A stretch of 64,000 bases of DNA, taken from Hyphomicrobiales bacterium. GTDB lineage: Bacteria > Pseudomonadota > Alphaproteobacteria > Rhizobiales > TMED25. Below, piece after piece: positions 30,867 through 41,832 of this stretch. The translations under genes were made by a program, and so were the position numbers. The DNA lies in the NCBI GenBank assembly GCA_029245795.1, contig JAQWOP010000001.1:16301-80300 (forward strand), read 5' to 3'. A model generated the notes under the pieces. The model saw nothing but the letters and a program-made list of their open reading frames with translations. It searched no databases and was not told the DNA's origin. Position 1 is the first letter of the stretch; each line of letters starts with the position of its first letter.

Positions 30867-32738
30867 ATGTTAGATACTTTAAGAAAATCAGTAACTGGAC
30901 CATTTGTGAAGATATTAATAGGTGTATTAATTTTAAGTTTTGCAGTATGGGGAATACAAGATATTTTTGGTAATTATAAAAAAACTGTAGCTATAGAAAT
31001 TGACGATTATGAAATTACCATAGATGAACTTGTAACAGAATATAACAATCAAATCTCCACAATAAGTTCTCAGTTAGATAAAAAAATATCTCTTGCCGAA
31101 TCCCTTACCCTTGGCATTGATGAACTTGCCCTAGAAAATTTGATTAGAAAATTAGTATTGCAAATTGAAATTAACAAATTAAAAATTGGAATTCCTGATA
31201 ACTTTGTAGCCGAAAAGATAGTTAATGATGAGATGTTTCAATCTAATGGTGCCTTTAATAAAGCAAGATATGATCAGCTTTTATCCTATGCTGGGTTTAA
31301 TGAACAAAGTTTTCTTATTAGTGAAATAAACAGTAATAAACAAAATCAACTATTCAATATACTCGCCAACAAGACGTATATTCCCAAAACATTACATGAA
31401 ATTATCAATAACTATAACAATACAATGAGAAAAATTGAATATACCAGGATTCCAAAATCAAAGATCACTGTGCAAACTCCTTCAGAGAAAGAAATGCTAG
31501 AATTTTATGATAAATTTAAAAAAGGTTATCGTAAGTCAGAAACAAGAGATTTTGATGCAATAATAATTAATCCTAATTCTCTAAAAGATAGAATAACGGT
31601 TACCCCTGTTCAAATTGAAAATTATTTTGATGAAAATAAAGATACTTTTGTAATAGAGGAAAATAGAGACTTATATCAATACTTTTTTGATAATCTTGCT
31701 ATGGCAAATCAATTCTATGAAGAATCAAAAGAAAAGAGCATAGAGCAAATCTTAACTGAATATAAGATTAGCAAAGCAGAGAGCCATCTAGGCATAATAT
31801 CCAAAGATTTAATTTTAGATGATGAAGTAGCAGAAATTGCATTTAATCAACCCCCAAATACTGTAAGTAAACCAATTGATGGAATGCTAGGCATTTCCGT
31901 AATATATGTTGACAATATATTCGAAGCAACATCACCATTATTGAAGGACGTATATAATACCATTAGCCAAGAAATTGCCTATCAAGAAGCCACCTCACTA
32001 ATGGATAATTTATATTTCGAAATCGAGGAAGAATTCTTAAATGGAAGAAAACTTTTTGATGTAGCAAGGGCATTTGATCTTAATATCAATAATTTCAAGC
32101 AAATAGATATTAATGGCTTGAATGAATCAGAAAATGAAGTTGATTTAATAAAAGATACAGTATTATTAAAGAAATTATTCAACACAAATATCGGTGATTA
32201 CATAGAGGTGATAGAAACTGACGATAGTTTTGTATGGATGCAATTAATTTCCATCAATGAACCTTATACCAAAACTTTCAAGAATGTTCGTAAACTAGTG
32301 ACATCTGATATGATAGGTAAAAGAAAAAATGAAAAGGAATCCGAAATAATAAATCAACTAAAAGATAATCTCGAAGCAGATTTAGATGTGATAGATATTC
32401 TTTCAGATTATGATGCTTCTATGGAATTAACAGCCCCTTTTAGCAGAAATACTCCCATAAAAGAATTCACAGAAGATTTTAATGATAGAATTTTAAGCTC
32501 TGATCTTGGAGAGGTTATTATCGGAAAATCTACCAAGGATATCCTCATTGGCAAGGTGATAGAAATTATACCCAATGAAAAGAAAGTTCTTGAAAGAGAT
32601 GCAAAGTTCAATTCTGACATCGATTTGCAATATAAAAATGATTTATTTGAACAATTCTTAGTTTCAATTGAAAAGGATTATCAAGTAAAAGTATATCAAG
32701 AAAATATTGATAGATTATTTAACAACCAAAATCTTTAA
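30867..32738 (+). CDS. Periplasmic chaperone / peptidylprolyl isomerase PpiD-like, membrane-anchored
   Basis: 623 aa. N-terminal anchor (VKILIGVLILSFAVWG) followed by a long SurA-N-like and parvulin-like periplasmic region. It occupies the conserved position upstream of trpE in Alphaproteobacteria. Confidence 0.8.
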   Translation: MLDTLRKSVTGPFVKILIGVLILSFAVWGIQDIFGNYKKTVAIEIDDYEITIDELVTEYNNQISTISSQLDKKISLAESLTLGIDELALENLIRKLVLQIEINKLKIGIPDNFVAEKIVNDEMFQSNGAFNKARYDQLLSYAGFNEQSFLISEINSNKQNQLFNILANKTYIPKTLHEIINNYNNTMRKIEYTRIPKSKITVQTPSEKEMLEFYDKFKKGYRKSETRDFDAIIINPNSLKDRITVTPVQIENYFDENKDTFVIEENRDLYQYFFDNLAMANQFYEESKEKSIEQILTEYKISKAESHLGIISKDLILDDEVAEIAFNQPPNTVSKPIDGMLGISVIYVDNIFEATSPLLKDVYNTISQEIAYQEATSLMDNLYFEIEEEFLNGRKLFDVARAFDLNINNFKQIDINGLNESENEVDLIKDTVLLKKLFNTNIGDYIEVIETDDSFVWMQLISINEPYTKTFKNVRKLVTSDMIGKRKNEKESEIINQLKDNLEADLDVIDILSDYDASMELTAPFSRNTPIKEFTEDFNDRILSSDLGEVIIGKSTKDILIGKVIEIIPNEKKVLERDAKFNSDIDLQYKNDLFEQFLVSIEKDYQVKVYQENIDRLFNNQNL

Positions 32739-32744
32739 TTCATT

Positions 32745-34226
32745 ATGAATAGCTCTAAACAGTTATATAATAATAAGGTTACACAAGTAGTATGGAAAAC
32801 AATAGTATCTGATACTGTGAATCCTGTTTCTTTAATGATGCGGCTTTCAGATCACAATAACACTTTTTTACTTGAATCAGTTGAAGGTGGAACAAAAAGA
32901 GGTAGATACTCTATAATTGGAATGAAGCCCGATTTATTTTGGAAGTCTGAAGGAAATTTTGCATATAAAAAATATGATGAAAAAAGTAAATATAAGAAAG
33001 AAGTAGAAAATACTTTTTTATCCCTAAAAAATTTATTAGATGAATCATTTATTGATCTTCCAGAATCTTTGCCCAGAATGTCAGCTGGAGTATTTGGCTA
33101 TATTGGATATGATAATGTCAAATTAATTGAAAATATTCCGCAAAAGCATAAGAAAGATCCAGCTCTTCCAGATTCTTTGTTAATAAGACCATCTCTAATT
33201 ATTGTTTTTGATAATTTAAAAGATGAATTATCAATAATATCGACATTACGTTTTAATAATAAAAAAACTTATGAAGAAGTTTTAAATAACGCAAACCAAT
33301 CTATTCATGAAATCATGGATTTAGTGGCAAAACCTTTATATGATTATTACCGACCTATCAAGCATGAAAAAGTAGCTATTACATCCAATACATCTAAAGA
33401 AGATTATATTGAAATGGTAGAAAAAGCTAAAGAATATATTTACGAAGGCGATATATTTCAGGTTGTATTAAGCCAAAGATTTGAATCTGACTTTGAATTA
33501 CCACCTTTTGAATTATATAGATCATTAAGAAGAATCAACCCATCACCCTTCTTATTTTATCTCAATTTTGAAAATTTCTCTGTTGTTGGGTCAAGTCCTG
33601 AAATCTTAATTAGACTATTTGATGATGAGGTTACTGTACGCCCAATTGCAGGAACAAGGCCAAGAGGAAATGATGACCCTGAAGATAAAAAAAATAAAGA
33701 ATCCCTTCTAAATGACCCAAAAGAACTAGCTGAACACCTTATGCTGCTTGATCTAGGCAGAAATGATGTTGGAAAAGTTTCTAAAAAAGGGAGTGTGAAA
33801 GTAACAGATAAATTTTTTGTAGAATTCTATAGTCATGTTATGCATATAGTTTCTAATGTTACAGGAAAGTTAGATCCAAAATATAATGTAATTGATGTTT
33901 TGAAAGCAGGATTTCCAGCAGGAACTGTTTCAGGTGCTCCAAAAATAAGAGCAATGGAAATAATTGAAGAGCTTGAAAAGGATGGTAGATCCATATACGC
34001 TGGATGTGTTGGCTATTTCTCAGCTAGTGGAGATATGGATACTTGTATAACTCTGAGGACTGCAATTATAAAAAACCAAAAGATGTACGTGCAGGCTGGT
34101 GCAGGAATTGTATCTGATTCAATTCCATTAAATGAATATAATGAGTGCAATACAAAAGCAAAGGCCCTTTTTAATGCAGCTCAAGAAGCCCTTGACCTTA
34201 ATATAAAAAAAGAATTAGTTAGATGA
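32745..34226 (+). CDS. trpE: Anthranilate synthase component I
   Basis: 493 aa. Chorismate-binding motifs: GDIFQVVLSQRF, INPSPFLFYL, PIAGTRPRG, GAPKIRAMEIIEELE, GAGIVSDS. Confidence 0.95.
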   Translation: MNSSKQLYNNKVTQVVWKTIVSDTVNPVSLMMRLSDHNNTFLLESVEGGTKRGRYSIIGMKPDLFWKSEGNFAYKKYDEKSKYKKEVENTFLSLKNLLDESFIDLPESLPRMSAGVFGYIGYDNVKLIENIPQKHKKDPALPDSLLIRPSLIIVFDNLKDELSIISTLRFNNKKTYEEVLNNANQSIHEIMDLVAKPLYDYYRPIKHEKVAITSNTSKEDYIEMVEKAKEYIYEGDIFQVVLSQRFESDFELPPFELYRSLRRINPSPFLFYLNFENFSVVGSSPEILIRLFDDEVTVRPIAGTRPRGNDDPEDKKNKESLLNDPKELAEHLMLLDLGRNDVGKVSKKGSVKVTDKFFVEFYSHVMHIVSNVTGKLDPKYNVIDVLKAGFPAGTVSGAPKIRAMEIIEELEKDGRSIYAGCVGYFSASGDMDTCITLRTAIIKNQKMYVQAGAGIVSDSIPLNEYNECNTKAKALFNAAQEALDLNIKKELVR

Positions 34227-34789
34227 TTCTCATTATTGATAATTACGATAGTTTTACATACAATATTGTACAATATATAGGTGACTTAGGTTTTGAAACA
34301 AATACCATTAGAAATGATAGTATAGCAGTGGATGAAGTTCATAAGTCAACTAGTCATATAATTATTTCCCCTGGTCCCTGTACTCCTGATAAGGCAGGTA
34401 TATCGGTGGAGCTTGTAAAGAAATATTATGATAAGATCCCAATCCTTGGTATATGTTTGGGGCATCAATCAATAGCACAAGCATTTGGTTCAAAAATAGT
34501 AAAAGCGGCGATGCCAATGCATGGAAAAGTAGATGTAATAAAACACACTGGAAGTTCTATCTATAATAATGTCCCAGAAAAATTTGAGGCTACACGTTAT
34601 CATTCACTTATAATTAACGAAAAGAGCCTTAGCAAAGATTTGATTATAACTTCCAGATCACTTACTGATAATTATATAATGTCTATTAACCATAAAGAGA
34701 CACCAACATTCGGCGTACAATTTCACCCAGAGAGTATCGCTAGTGAATATGGATATCAAATTATGAAAAACTTCCTAAGTTTAAATTAA
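34223..34789 (+). CDS. trpG: Anthranilate synthase component II (glutamine amidotransferase)
   Basis: 188 aa. Triad context GICLGHQ and FHPES. It overlaps trpE by 4 nt. Confidence 0.93.
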   Translation: MILIIDNYDSFTYNIVQYIGDLGFETNTIRNDSIAVDEVHKSTSHIIISPGPCTPDKAGISVELVKKYYDKIPILGICLGHQSIAQAFGSKIVKAAMPMHGKVDVIKHTGSSIYNNVPEKFEATRYHSLIINEKSLSKDLIITSRSLTDNYIMSINHKETPTFGVQFHPESIASEYGYQIMKNFLSLN

Positions 34790-34790
34790 G

Positions 34791-35819
34791 ATGAACAAGA
34801 TGATGGAAATTATTGATTATATTGAAAAAATATCTGATGGGCTTATCCTCAGTGAAGATGAAAGTTATCATGCATTTAGCATTATAATGTCAGGTGAATG
34901 TACTGAATCACAAATATCTGGATTCTTACTCTCCTTAAAAACTAGAGGTGAAGCTATAACTGAAATTATTGGTGCTGTTAGGGCTATAAGAGAAAAGATG
35001 GTTACTATAGATACCCCTGAGGGTACCATTGATATCGTTGGTACTGGTGGAGATGGGATGAAAACTCTCAATATTTCAACAGCAGCATCTATTGTTGTAG
35101 CTGGCCAAAATGTTAAAGTTGCAAAACATGGGAATAGATCCGTATCATCTTTATCTGGCTCGTCTGATATTTTAAATGAATTAAATATAAATATAAACTT
35201 ATCTCCAGAATCATCTCTTAAGTGCCTAAATGAAACTAATATCTGCTTCTTGTTTGCCCCCCTTTATCATAATAGTTTTAAATATGTTGCTAAAACAAGG
35301 TCTGAGATTAAAATTAGGACAATATTTAATATCCTTGGCCCTTTATGCAATCCCGGAAATGTCAAAATGCATCTTCTAGGTTCATATAATAAAAAATGGC
35401 TAACGCCAATGATCAAAACTCTTCAAAAACTTGGCTCCCAATCAGCTTGGGCGGTCCATAGTATGGATGGGTTAGATGAAATATCAATATCAGATAAAAC
35501 TTATATTACCAAACTCTCCAATAACGAAATAAATGAATCTATTTTTGATTGTAGTCAATACAAGACGAAGGGGTCACCTATATCTAGAATCATTGGTAAC
35601 GACTCAAAATATAATGCCAAAGAATTATTAAAAATATTAAATGGTGAAAAAAACGCTTACAGGGAAGTTGTAGTTTTGAATTCAGCGGCAGCTTTTGTTG
35701 TGGCGCAGTCTTGTAAAACTATTAATGAAGGTATTGATATGGCAGAAGAGTCAATTGATAAAGGAAATGCAATTAAAGTCCTAAATAAATTAGAAACTAT
35801 TTCGAATAAATTAAAATAA
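34791..35819 (+). CDS. trpD: Anthranilate phosphoribosyltransferase
   Basis: 342 aa. Motifs: DIVGTGGDG, KHGNRSVSS, LGPL.NP. Confidence 0.95.
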   Translation: MNKMMEIIDYIEKISDGLILSEDESYHAFSIIMSGECTESQISGFLLSLKTRGEAITEIIGAVRAIREKMVTIDTPEGTIDIVGTGGDGMKTLNISTAASIVVAGQNVKVAKHGNRSVSSLSGSSDILNELNININLSPESSLKCLNETNICFLFAPLYHNSFKYVAKTRSEIKIRTIFNILGPLCNPGNVKMHLLGSYNKKWLTPMIKTLQKLGSQSAWAVHSMDGLDEISISDKTYITKLSNNEINESIFDCSQYKTKGSPISRIIGNDSKYNAKELLKILNGEKNAYREVVVLNSAAAFVVAQSCKTINEGIDMAEESIDKGNAIKVLNKLETISNKLK

Positions 35820-36616
35820 TGAATTCAATTTTAGATAAAATATCAAATTACAAGAAAGATGAAGTCAGTCATAAAAAAGCCCTAATGCCTCTTGGTGATA
35901 TAGTTAAAATAATCGCTAGTGAACCAATGGAAAAGAGAAATTTTTTTTCAGCAATTGATAATAAGAATAAAAATGGAGAGATTGCTCTTATTTGTGAAAT
36001 AAAAAAAGCAAGCCCTTCCAGAGGGATTATTAAAAAAAAATTTAATGTTTCAGAAATTGCAAAAGAGTATTCTATTGGTGGAGCGACTTGTATATCGGTC
36101 TTAACAGATTACCCTTCATTTCAGGGAAGAGATGAGTACCTTATGGAAGTCAGGAAATCATCAAGCCTCCCATTATTAAGGAAAGATTTTTATCTAGACC
36201 CTTATCAAGTCTATGAAACAAAATTTTTAGGTGGAGATTGCATTTTGATAATAATGGCAATGTTGGATGACAAAATGGCAAGAGATTTATATGAAACAGC
36301 AGAAAATATAGGGCTTGATAGTATCTTTGAAGTTCACAATGAGCAAGAATATGATCGTGCAATTAAATTAAATGCAAAAATAATAGGTATTAACAATCGA
36401 GACTTGCACACGTTTAAAACAGACATTAATAATACAATAAATTTATCTTCCAAATTTTCTGATGATCATTTAATAATATCAGAAAGTGGAATTTTCGATA
36501 AAAAAGAAATAAACCTTCTCAATAATTACGGGGTAAACGCCTACCTAATTGGGGAAAGTATTATAAAATCTGATGATATCGTGAGCTCAATAAAAAAATT
36601 AATAGGTAGAGAATGA
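35819..36616 (+). CDS. trpC: Indole-3-glycerol phosphate synthase
   Basis: 265 aa. Motifs: ICEIKKASPSRG, LRKDF, IGINNRDL, ESGI. Confidence 0.95.
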   Translation: MNSILDKISNYKKDEVSHKKALMPLGDIVKIIASEPMEKRNFFSAIDNKNKNGEIALICEIKKASPSRGIIKKKFNVSEIAKEYSIGGATCISVLTDYPSFQGRDEYLMEVRKSSSLPLLRKDFYLDPYQVYETKFLGGDCILIIMAMLDDKMARDLYETAENIGLDSIFEVHNEQEYDRAIKLNAKIIGINNRDLHTFKTDINNTINLSSKFSDDHLIISESGIFDKKEINLLNNYGVNAYLIGESIIKSDDIVSSIKKLIGRE

Positions 36617-37089
36617 ATAAATTAACCCATCTAAACGAAAATGGGGAAGCTAATATAGTTAATATTGGCAATAAAAAAATTACACAAAGAACTGCAATTG
36701 CTTCAGGAAAAGTATTTGTCTCATTAGAGACTATTGCTCTAATTAAATCTAATGCTATAGAAAAAGGTGATGTAATATCAGTTGCTAGAATAGCTGGAAT
36801 GACTGCAGCTAAAAAAACACCTGAATTAATACCTCTTTGTCACAATCTGAATCTTGAACACATTAAAATTGATTTTGATATTGATGAACAGAATAGATCT
36901 ATAAACGTAATATCTGAATGCCAAACAACTCATAAAACAGGCGTGGAGATGGAAGCAATGGTATCATGCTCTATATCATGCCTTACAATATATGATATGG
37001 TAAAATCTGTAGATAAAAGTGCTTATATAAATGATGTGAAGTTGTTATTTAAATCTGGAGGAAAGTCAGGGAACTATCAAAGAAAATGA
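36613..37089 (+). CDS. moaC: Cyclic pyranopterin monophosphate synthase
   Basis: 158 aa. Motifs: LIPLCHNL and KTGVEMEAM. Confidence 0.93.
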   Translation: MNKLTHLNENGEANIVNIGNKKITQRTAIASGKVFVSLETIALIKSNAIEKGDVISVARIAGMTAAKKTPELIPLCHNLNLEHIKIDFDIDEQNRSINVISECQTTHKTGVEMEAMVSCSISCLTIYDMVKSVDKSAYINDVKLLFKSGGKSGNYQRK

Positions 37090-38273
37090 AATTACTCAAT
37101 CTCCAAAAAGCTATTGCTATATGTATCAATGATATAAGACCAAAAAAAAAAATATCTTTAAAAATTGAAGAATGTCTGAATAGAATATTATCAGATGACT
37201 TGGTATCAAGAAAAAATGCACCTCCTTATGACGTGTCTGCAATGGATGGTTATGCAATTAATATCAAGAGCTTAAAATATGACTTAAATTCTCTAAAGAT
37301 ATCGGGAGTAATTCCTGCAGGAAAAAAATCCAAAAGAACTCTTCAGACTGGAGAAGCTATAAGGCTCTTCACAGGAAGCGAACTTCCAAAAGGCGCCAAT
37401 ACTGTGATCATTCAAGAAAATGTGAAAATTAATGCAAATAAAATAACCTTAAATAACTCAGCACAGAAATTCCAAAATATACGTAAAAAAGGTTTAGACT
37501 TTAAATTAGGTGATACATTAATAAAAAAAGGTACCCAGCTAAAACCAAAACATATCTCTCTTTCAGCTGCAATGAATTACAGAAAATTATCAGTTTTTGA
37601 AAAACCATCAGTTGCTATTATATCTACCGGAAATGAATTGGTTAAGCCTGAAACTGCTGGTGCAGAAAATAAAATTATAAGTTCTAATAATTACGGTATA
37701 AAAACATATGTAGAATATTTAGGTGGAACTGCCGTCGATTTAGGAATTGCTCGTGATAATATACAATCACTACAAAAGAAAATTTTGTCCGCAAATAAGT
37801 TTGATATAATTCTTACTATTGGAGGGGCAAGTGTTGGAGCCTATGATCTAGTTAAAGAAAGTATCAAAGAAGATCTCAATCTTAAATTCTGGAAAATAGC
37901 AATGAGACCAGGAAAACCATTAATTTTTGGTCATATTGAGAACTCTTGCTTTTTAGGGCTTCCAGGAAATCCGGTCTCGGCACTTGTTTGCTGTCAATTA
38001 TTCTTGAAACCTATGATAAATAAATTCATGAATTTAGCCGATAATAAAGAGGAATTTATTGAATCTAAGATATTAGTTGATTTAAATAAGAATGATGAAA
38101 GAGAAGAATACCTTCGTGCAGTTTATAAAGATGGTTTTGTTAAACCAAATAAGAATCAAGACTCCTCATCTCTTAATGTATTGAGCCAATCAAATGTATT
38201 TATTGTAAGAAAACCTTTTGATCCTGCAAAAAAAAGAGGTGATTTAGTAAAAATTATTAAAATTGATCTTTAA
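37086..38273 (+). CDS. moeA: Molybdopterin molybdotransferase
   Basis: 395 aa. Motifs: SAMDGYA, STGNEL, GGASVGAYD, MRPGKP, LPGNPVS. Confidence 0.92.
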   Translation: MKLLNLQKAIAICINDIRPKKKISLKIEECLNRILSDDLVSRKNAPPYDVSAMDGYAINIKSLKYDLNSLKISGVIPAGKKSKRTLQTGEAIRLFTGSELPKGANTVIIQENVKINANKITLNNSAQKFQNIRKKGLDFKLGDTLIKKGTQLKPKHISLSAAMNYRKLSVFEKPSVAIISTGNELVKPETAGAENKIISSNNYGIKTYVEYLGGTAVDLGIARDNIQSLQKKILSANKFDIILTIGGASVGAYDLVKESIKEDLNLKFWKIAMRPGKPLIFGHIENSCFLGLPGNPVSALVCCQLFLKPMINKFMNLADNKEEFIESKILVDLNKNDEREEYLRAVYKDGFVKPNKNQDSSSLNVLSQSNVFIVRKPFDPAKKRGDLVKIIKIDL

Positions 38274-38297
38274 TTTTAACATTTATTAACTTTCCTC

Positions 38298-38342
38298 TTG
38301 TAGAACATAGAAAGAACATATATAAATGTTCTTGTTTTGTGC
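38298..38342 (+). promoter_or_regulatory. lexA promoter with alphaproteobacterial SOS operator
   Basis: TTGTAG (38298-38303), a 17-nt spacer, then TATAAA (38321-38326). A perfect GAAC-atagaaa-GAAC (38303-38317) fills the spacer. An inverted imperfect copy GTTC-ttgtttt-GTGC (38328-38342) lies just downstream of the -10. AGGAG at 38351 and the ATG at 38362. Confidence 0.75.
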
Positions 38343-38361
38343 ATTTTAATAGGAGTAGATA

Positions 38362-39039
38362 ATGTTAACAGAAAAACAGCATGAACTCTTAAAGTATATA
38401 CATCAAAGGGTAACTGAAAATGGAATACCTCCATCTTATGATGAAATGAAAACAGCTGTAAATCTTCATTCAAAATCAGGAATTCATAGATTAGTAAATG
38501 CCCTAGAAGAGAGAGGGTATATTAGAAGACTTCCTAATAGAGCAAGAGCTTTGGAAATATTAAAGCACCCTTTTTCAAACAACCAAGAAAATATTTATAA
38601 TGAAAAAGCAAACTACAGAACGCCAAATGTAAGAGATAAAATTAATGATTCAAAGTTTATAGAGGTCCCAATAATGGGACGTATAGCAGCAGGATCGCCA
38701 ATTTCAGCTATTCAAGAAAAAATTGATAATATCCATTTACCAAAAGATATGTTGAGTAACCATGAACATTATGCGTTAAAAATTAGAGGTGACTCCATGA
38801 TAGAATCAGGTATTTTTGATGGGGACACTGTTGTTGTTAAGAAATGTGAGACTGCAAATAATGGTGATATTATCGTTGCTCTTATTGATGACGAAGAAGC
38901 AACTCTTAAAAGATTTCGTAAGAAAGGGCAAAGTATAGCTCTTGAGCCTTCCAATCAAAACTATGAAACCAAAATCTATGCATCTGATAGAGTTAAAATT
39001 CAAGGTTGCCTTGTAAGTTTAATTAGAAACTATCATTAG
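38362..39039 (+). CDS. lexA: LexA repressor
   Basis: 225 aa. N-terminal winged-helix domain (LT.KQ.E.L..I), cleavage site GRIAAGSPI, and the Ser/Lys dyad (RGDSM ... TLKRF). Confidence 0.95.
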   Translation: MLTEKQHELLKYIHQRVTENGIPPSYDEMKTAVNLHSKSGIHRLVNALEERGYIRRLPNRARALEILKHPFSNNQENIYNEKANYRTPNVRDKINDSKFIEVPIMGRIAAGSPISAIQEKIDNIHLPKDMLSNHEHYALKIRGDSMIESGIFDGDTVVVKKCETANNGDIIVALIDDEEATLKRFRKKGQSIALEPSNQNYETKIYASDRVKIQGCLVSLIRNYH

Positions 39040-39059
39040 ATAACGATTGGCCTAAATCC

Positions 39060-40457
39060 ATGGATATTAATGTTGTAACTAGATTTGCACCATCACCTAC
39101 TGGTAATTTGCACATTGGTGGTTGCAGAACTGCTTTATATAATTGGTTATATGCTCGTCATAATAAAGGTAAAATGATTCTCCGTATCGAAGATACGGAT
39201 AAAGAAAGATCTACAGATTCTGCTATCAAAAATATTAAAGATGGAATGGAATGGCTTGGCCTCAATTGGGATGGTGATATTTATTACCAAAGTAACTCTA
39301 TAAAAGATCATCAAGATATAGCATATAAACTTTTAGAATCAGGAAATGCTTATTATTGCTACTGCACAGAAGATGAACTAGCTTTAATGCGTGAAAGTGC
39401 ATTGAATCAAAAAAAATCTCCTATCTATAACAATAAATGGCGTGATCGAATTCCAACTGATGTTAATAAAAAAATAAGACCAGTGCTTAGATTAAAAACT
39501 CCGATGATAGGAAAAACAATAGTAGATGACTCCGTTCAAGGCTTAATTGAATTTGATAATAAAGATATTGATGATTTTGTTTTATTACGAAGTGACGGAA
39601 CTCCTACATATATGCTTGCATCTGTTGTAGATGATTATAATCAAGGGGTGACGCATATAATAAGAGGTGATGACCATTTAAATAATGCTGCTAGACAAAT
39701 AAATATTTGCCTATCCATGGGATGGGAACCTCCTAAATATAGTCATATCCCCCTCATCCACTCTTCAGATGGTCTTAAACTATCCAAAAGAGATGGAGCT
39801 CTATCCGTATCAGATTATGGAGACCAAGGGTACCTTCCAGAATCAATACTCAATTACCTATTAAGATTAGGATGGAGTTATGGTGACAAAGAATACTTCA
39901 CAAAAGATGAAATGATTCAATATTTTGATATTAATAAAGTACACAAATCACCGGCTAGATTGGACTTAAAAAAATTACTTAATATAAATTCTTATTACTT
40001 AAAAGAAAAAAATGAAGATGACCTTATTCAGTTACTTTCAAAAAAAATTAATATTAAAATTGATACAGTTTTAGAAAGAAAAATGAAGCAAATTATACCT
40101 CATTTAAAAACAAAATCTAAAACATTAAATGAACTACTAGAGTTACTCGAATACCTTCATATTAAAAGGCCATTATTAATAAGAGAAAATAATTTTAATA
40201 TCTACACAGACGAAGTAAATGCACTTATTCAATCATTCAAAACTAGTATAGAAAGAATAGAAGATTGGGATTTGGATAGTATAAAAACTCTCTTTGATAA
40301 TTTTTTAACAGAATATAATATAAAACTAATGGATATCGCAAAACCACTTAGAATTATATTAACAGGATCATTAGTGCCTACAGGTATTTATGATTTATTA
40401 ATACCGCTCGGTAAAGAAGAAACACTTAACCGCATTTCTGACTATTTGAACAATTAA
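39060..40457 (+). CDS. gltX: Glutamate--tRNA ligase
   Basis: 465 aa. Class I motifs: RFAPSPTGNLHIGG (HIGH) and KLSKR (KMSKS). Confidence 0.95.
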   Translation: MDINVVTRFAPSPTGNLHIGGCRTALYNWLYARHNKGKMILRIEDTDKERSTDSAIKNIKDGMEWLGLNWDGDIYYQSNSIKDHQDIAYKLLESGNAYYCYCTEDELALMRESALNQKKSPIYNNKWRDRIPTDVNKKIRPVLRLKTPMIGKTIVDDSVQGLIEFDNKDIDDFVLLRSDGTPTYMLASVVDDYNQGVTHIIRGDDHLNNAARQINICLSMGWEPPKYSHIPLIHSSDGLKLSKRDGALSVSDYGDQGYLPESILNYLLRLGWSYGDKEYFTKDEMIQYFDINKVHKSPARLDLKKLLNINSYYLKEKNEDDLIQLLSKKINIKIDTVLERKMKQIIPHLKTKSKTLNELLELLEYLHIKRPLLIRENNFNIYTDEVNALIQSFKTSIERIEDWDLDSIKTLFDNFLTEYNIKLMDIAKPLRIILTGSLVPTGIYDLLIPLGKEETLNRISDYLNN

Positions 40458-40474
40458 TTTTTTGTTTGATAATA

Positions 40475-40509
40475 TTGGCATTTAAATATATAAAATCAAT
40501 ATAATTGAT
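40475..40509 (+). promoter_or_regulatory. Putative gltA promoter overlapping a short palindrome
   Basis: TTGGCA (40475-40480), a 19-nt spacer, then a perfect TATAAT (40500-40505). The -10 lies inside the palindrome ATCAAT-ata-ATTGAT (40495-40509). The spacer is longer than optimal. Confidence 0.3.
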
Positions 40510-40524
40510 AAGTAAGAGGTTATT

Positions 40525-41832
40525 ATGTCCAGCAATAAAAACGAGACAGGAAAAGCATTTATTGAAATAAATAACGTAAAATACGAGCTACCTATATACA
40601 AGCCTTCTGTTGGACCAGATGTTGTTGATATATCTAAATTATATTCCCAAGCAAATGTGTTTACTTATGATCCAGGATTTACCTCAACAGCAAATTGCGC
40701 CTCTAACATTACTTATGTAGATGGAGAAAATGGAATATTACTATATCGAGGATATAAAATAGAAGACTTAGTTGAAAACGCAGATTTTTTAGAAGTATCG
40801 TACCTTTTATTAAATGGTGAGCTTCCAAACATTCAAGAAAAGAATGAGTTTGTTGACGCAGTGACTAGACACTCTATGCTTCATGAGCAAATGAGTCGTT
40901 TCTATGCTGGATTTAGACGTGATGCACATCCGATGGCTATAACTTGTGGGGTGATTGGTGCTTTATCAGCATTCTATCATGATTCAACCGATATTAATGA
41001 CCCACACCAAAGAATGATTGCTAGTCGTCGTCTAATTGCTAAAATGCCAACTATTGCTGCAATGGCATACAAGTACTCTCTTGGTCAACCTTTTGTTTTT
41101 CCAAAGAATGATCTAGATTATGCTAGTAATTTTATGCATATGTGTTTTTCTTTTCCAACAGAAGATTATAAAGTAGATAAAATACTTGCTGATGCTCTTG
41201 ATAAGGTTTTCATTCTTCATGCAGATCACGAACAAAATGCTTCAACTTCGACTGTAAGGTTAGCTGGTTCATCCGGTGCAAATCCTTTTGCTTGTATAGC
41301 TGCTGGTGTAGCTTCTTTGTGGGGTCCCGCGCACGGTGGCGCAAACGAAGCGGCCCTCAATATGTTAGAAGAAATTGGAAAACCAGAAAACATTAATGAT
41401 TATATCAAAAAAGCTAAAGACTCTAGTGATCCATTTAGATTAATGGGATTTGGTCATAGAGTTTATAAAAGTTATGACCCAAGAGCTAAGATTATGCAAA
41501 AAACATGTCATGAAGTTTTGGATGCACTTGGCTTGAGAGATGATCCTTTGCTAAAAGTAGCAATGGAATTAGAAAAAATTGCACTAGAAGATCCTTACTT
41601 TATAGAAAAGAAATTATATCCAAATGTCGATTTCTACTCTGGTATAATTTTACGAGCATTAGGATTCCCGAAAGATATGTTCACTGTATTATTTGCTGTT
41701 GCTAGAACTGTAGGATGGATTTCGCAATGGAAAGAGATGATTGAAGACTCTGAGCAAAGAATTGGAAGACCTCGTCAGCTTTATATGGGTAATATAGATA
41801 AGAATTATATTCATCTCCAAGATAGAAAATAA
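40525..41832 (+). CDS. gltA: Citrate synthase
   Basis: 435 aa. Motifs: [31 protein letters not shown]. Confidence 0.96.
   Translation: MSSNKNETGKAFIEINNVKYELPIYKPSVGPDVVDISKLYSQANVFTYDPGFTSTANCASNITYVDGENGILLYRGYKIEDLVENADFLEVSYLLLNGELPNIQEKNEFVDAVTRHSMLHEQMSRFYAGFRRDAHPMAITCGVIGALSAFYHDSTDINDPHQRMIASRRLIAKMPTIAAMAYKYSLGQPFVFPKNDLDYASNFMHMCFSFPTEDYKVDKILADALDKVFILHADHEQNASTSTVRLAGSSGANPFACIAAGVASLWGPAHGGANEAALNMLEEIGKPENINDYIKKAKDSSDPFRLMGFGHRVYKSYDPRAKIMQKTCHEVLDALGLRDDPLLKVAMELEKIALEDPYFIEKKLYPNVDFYSGIILRALGFPKDMFTVLFAVARTVGWISQWKEMIEDSEQRIGRPRQLYMGNIDKNYIHLQDRK

Noticed and set aside
30850-30873. 7-codon upstream ORF (ATG GTG GGT AAA ATT AAA TGT TAG) overlapping the ppiD-like start
   Set aside because: It is too short to evaluate. 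The AAGGA and GGTGGG sequences nearby are equally well explained as the ribosome-binding region of the main gene.
38276-38473. 65-aa minus-strand ORF across the lexA promoter and 5' end
   Set aside because: It overlaps the lexA operator, SD and N-terminus. It has no translation signals and no recognisable motifs.
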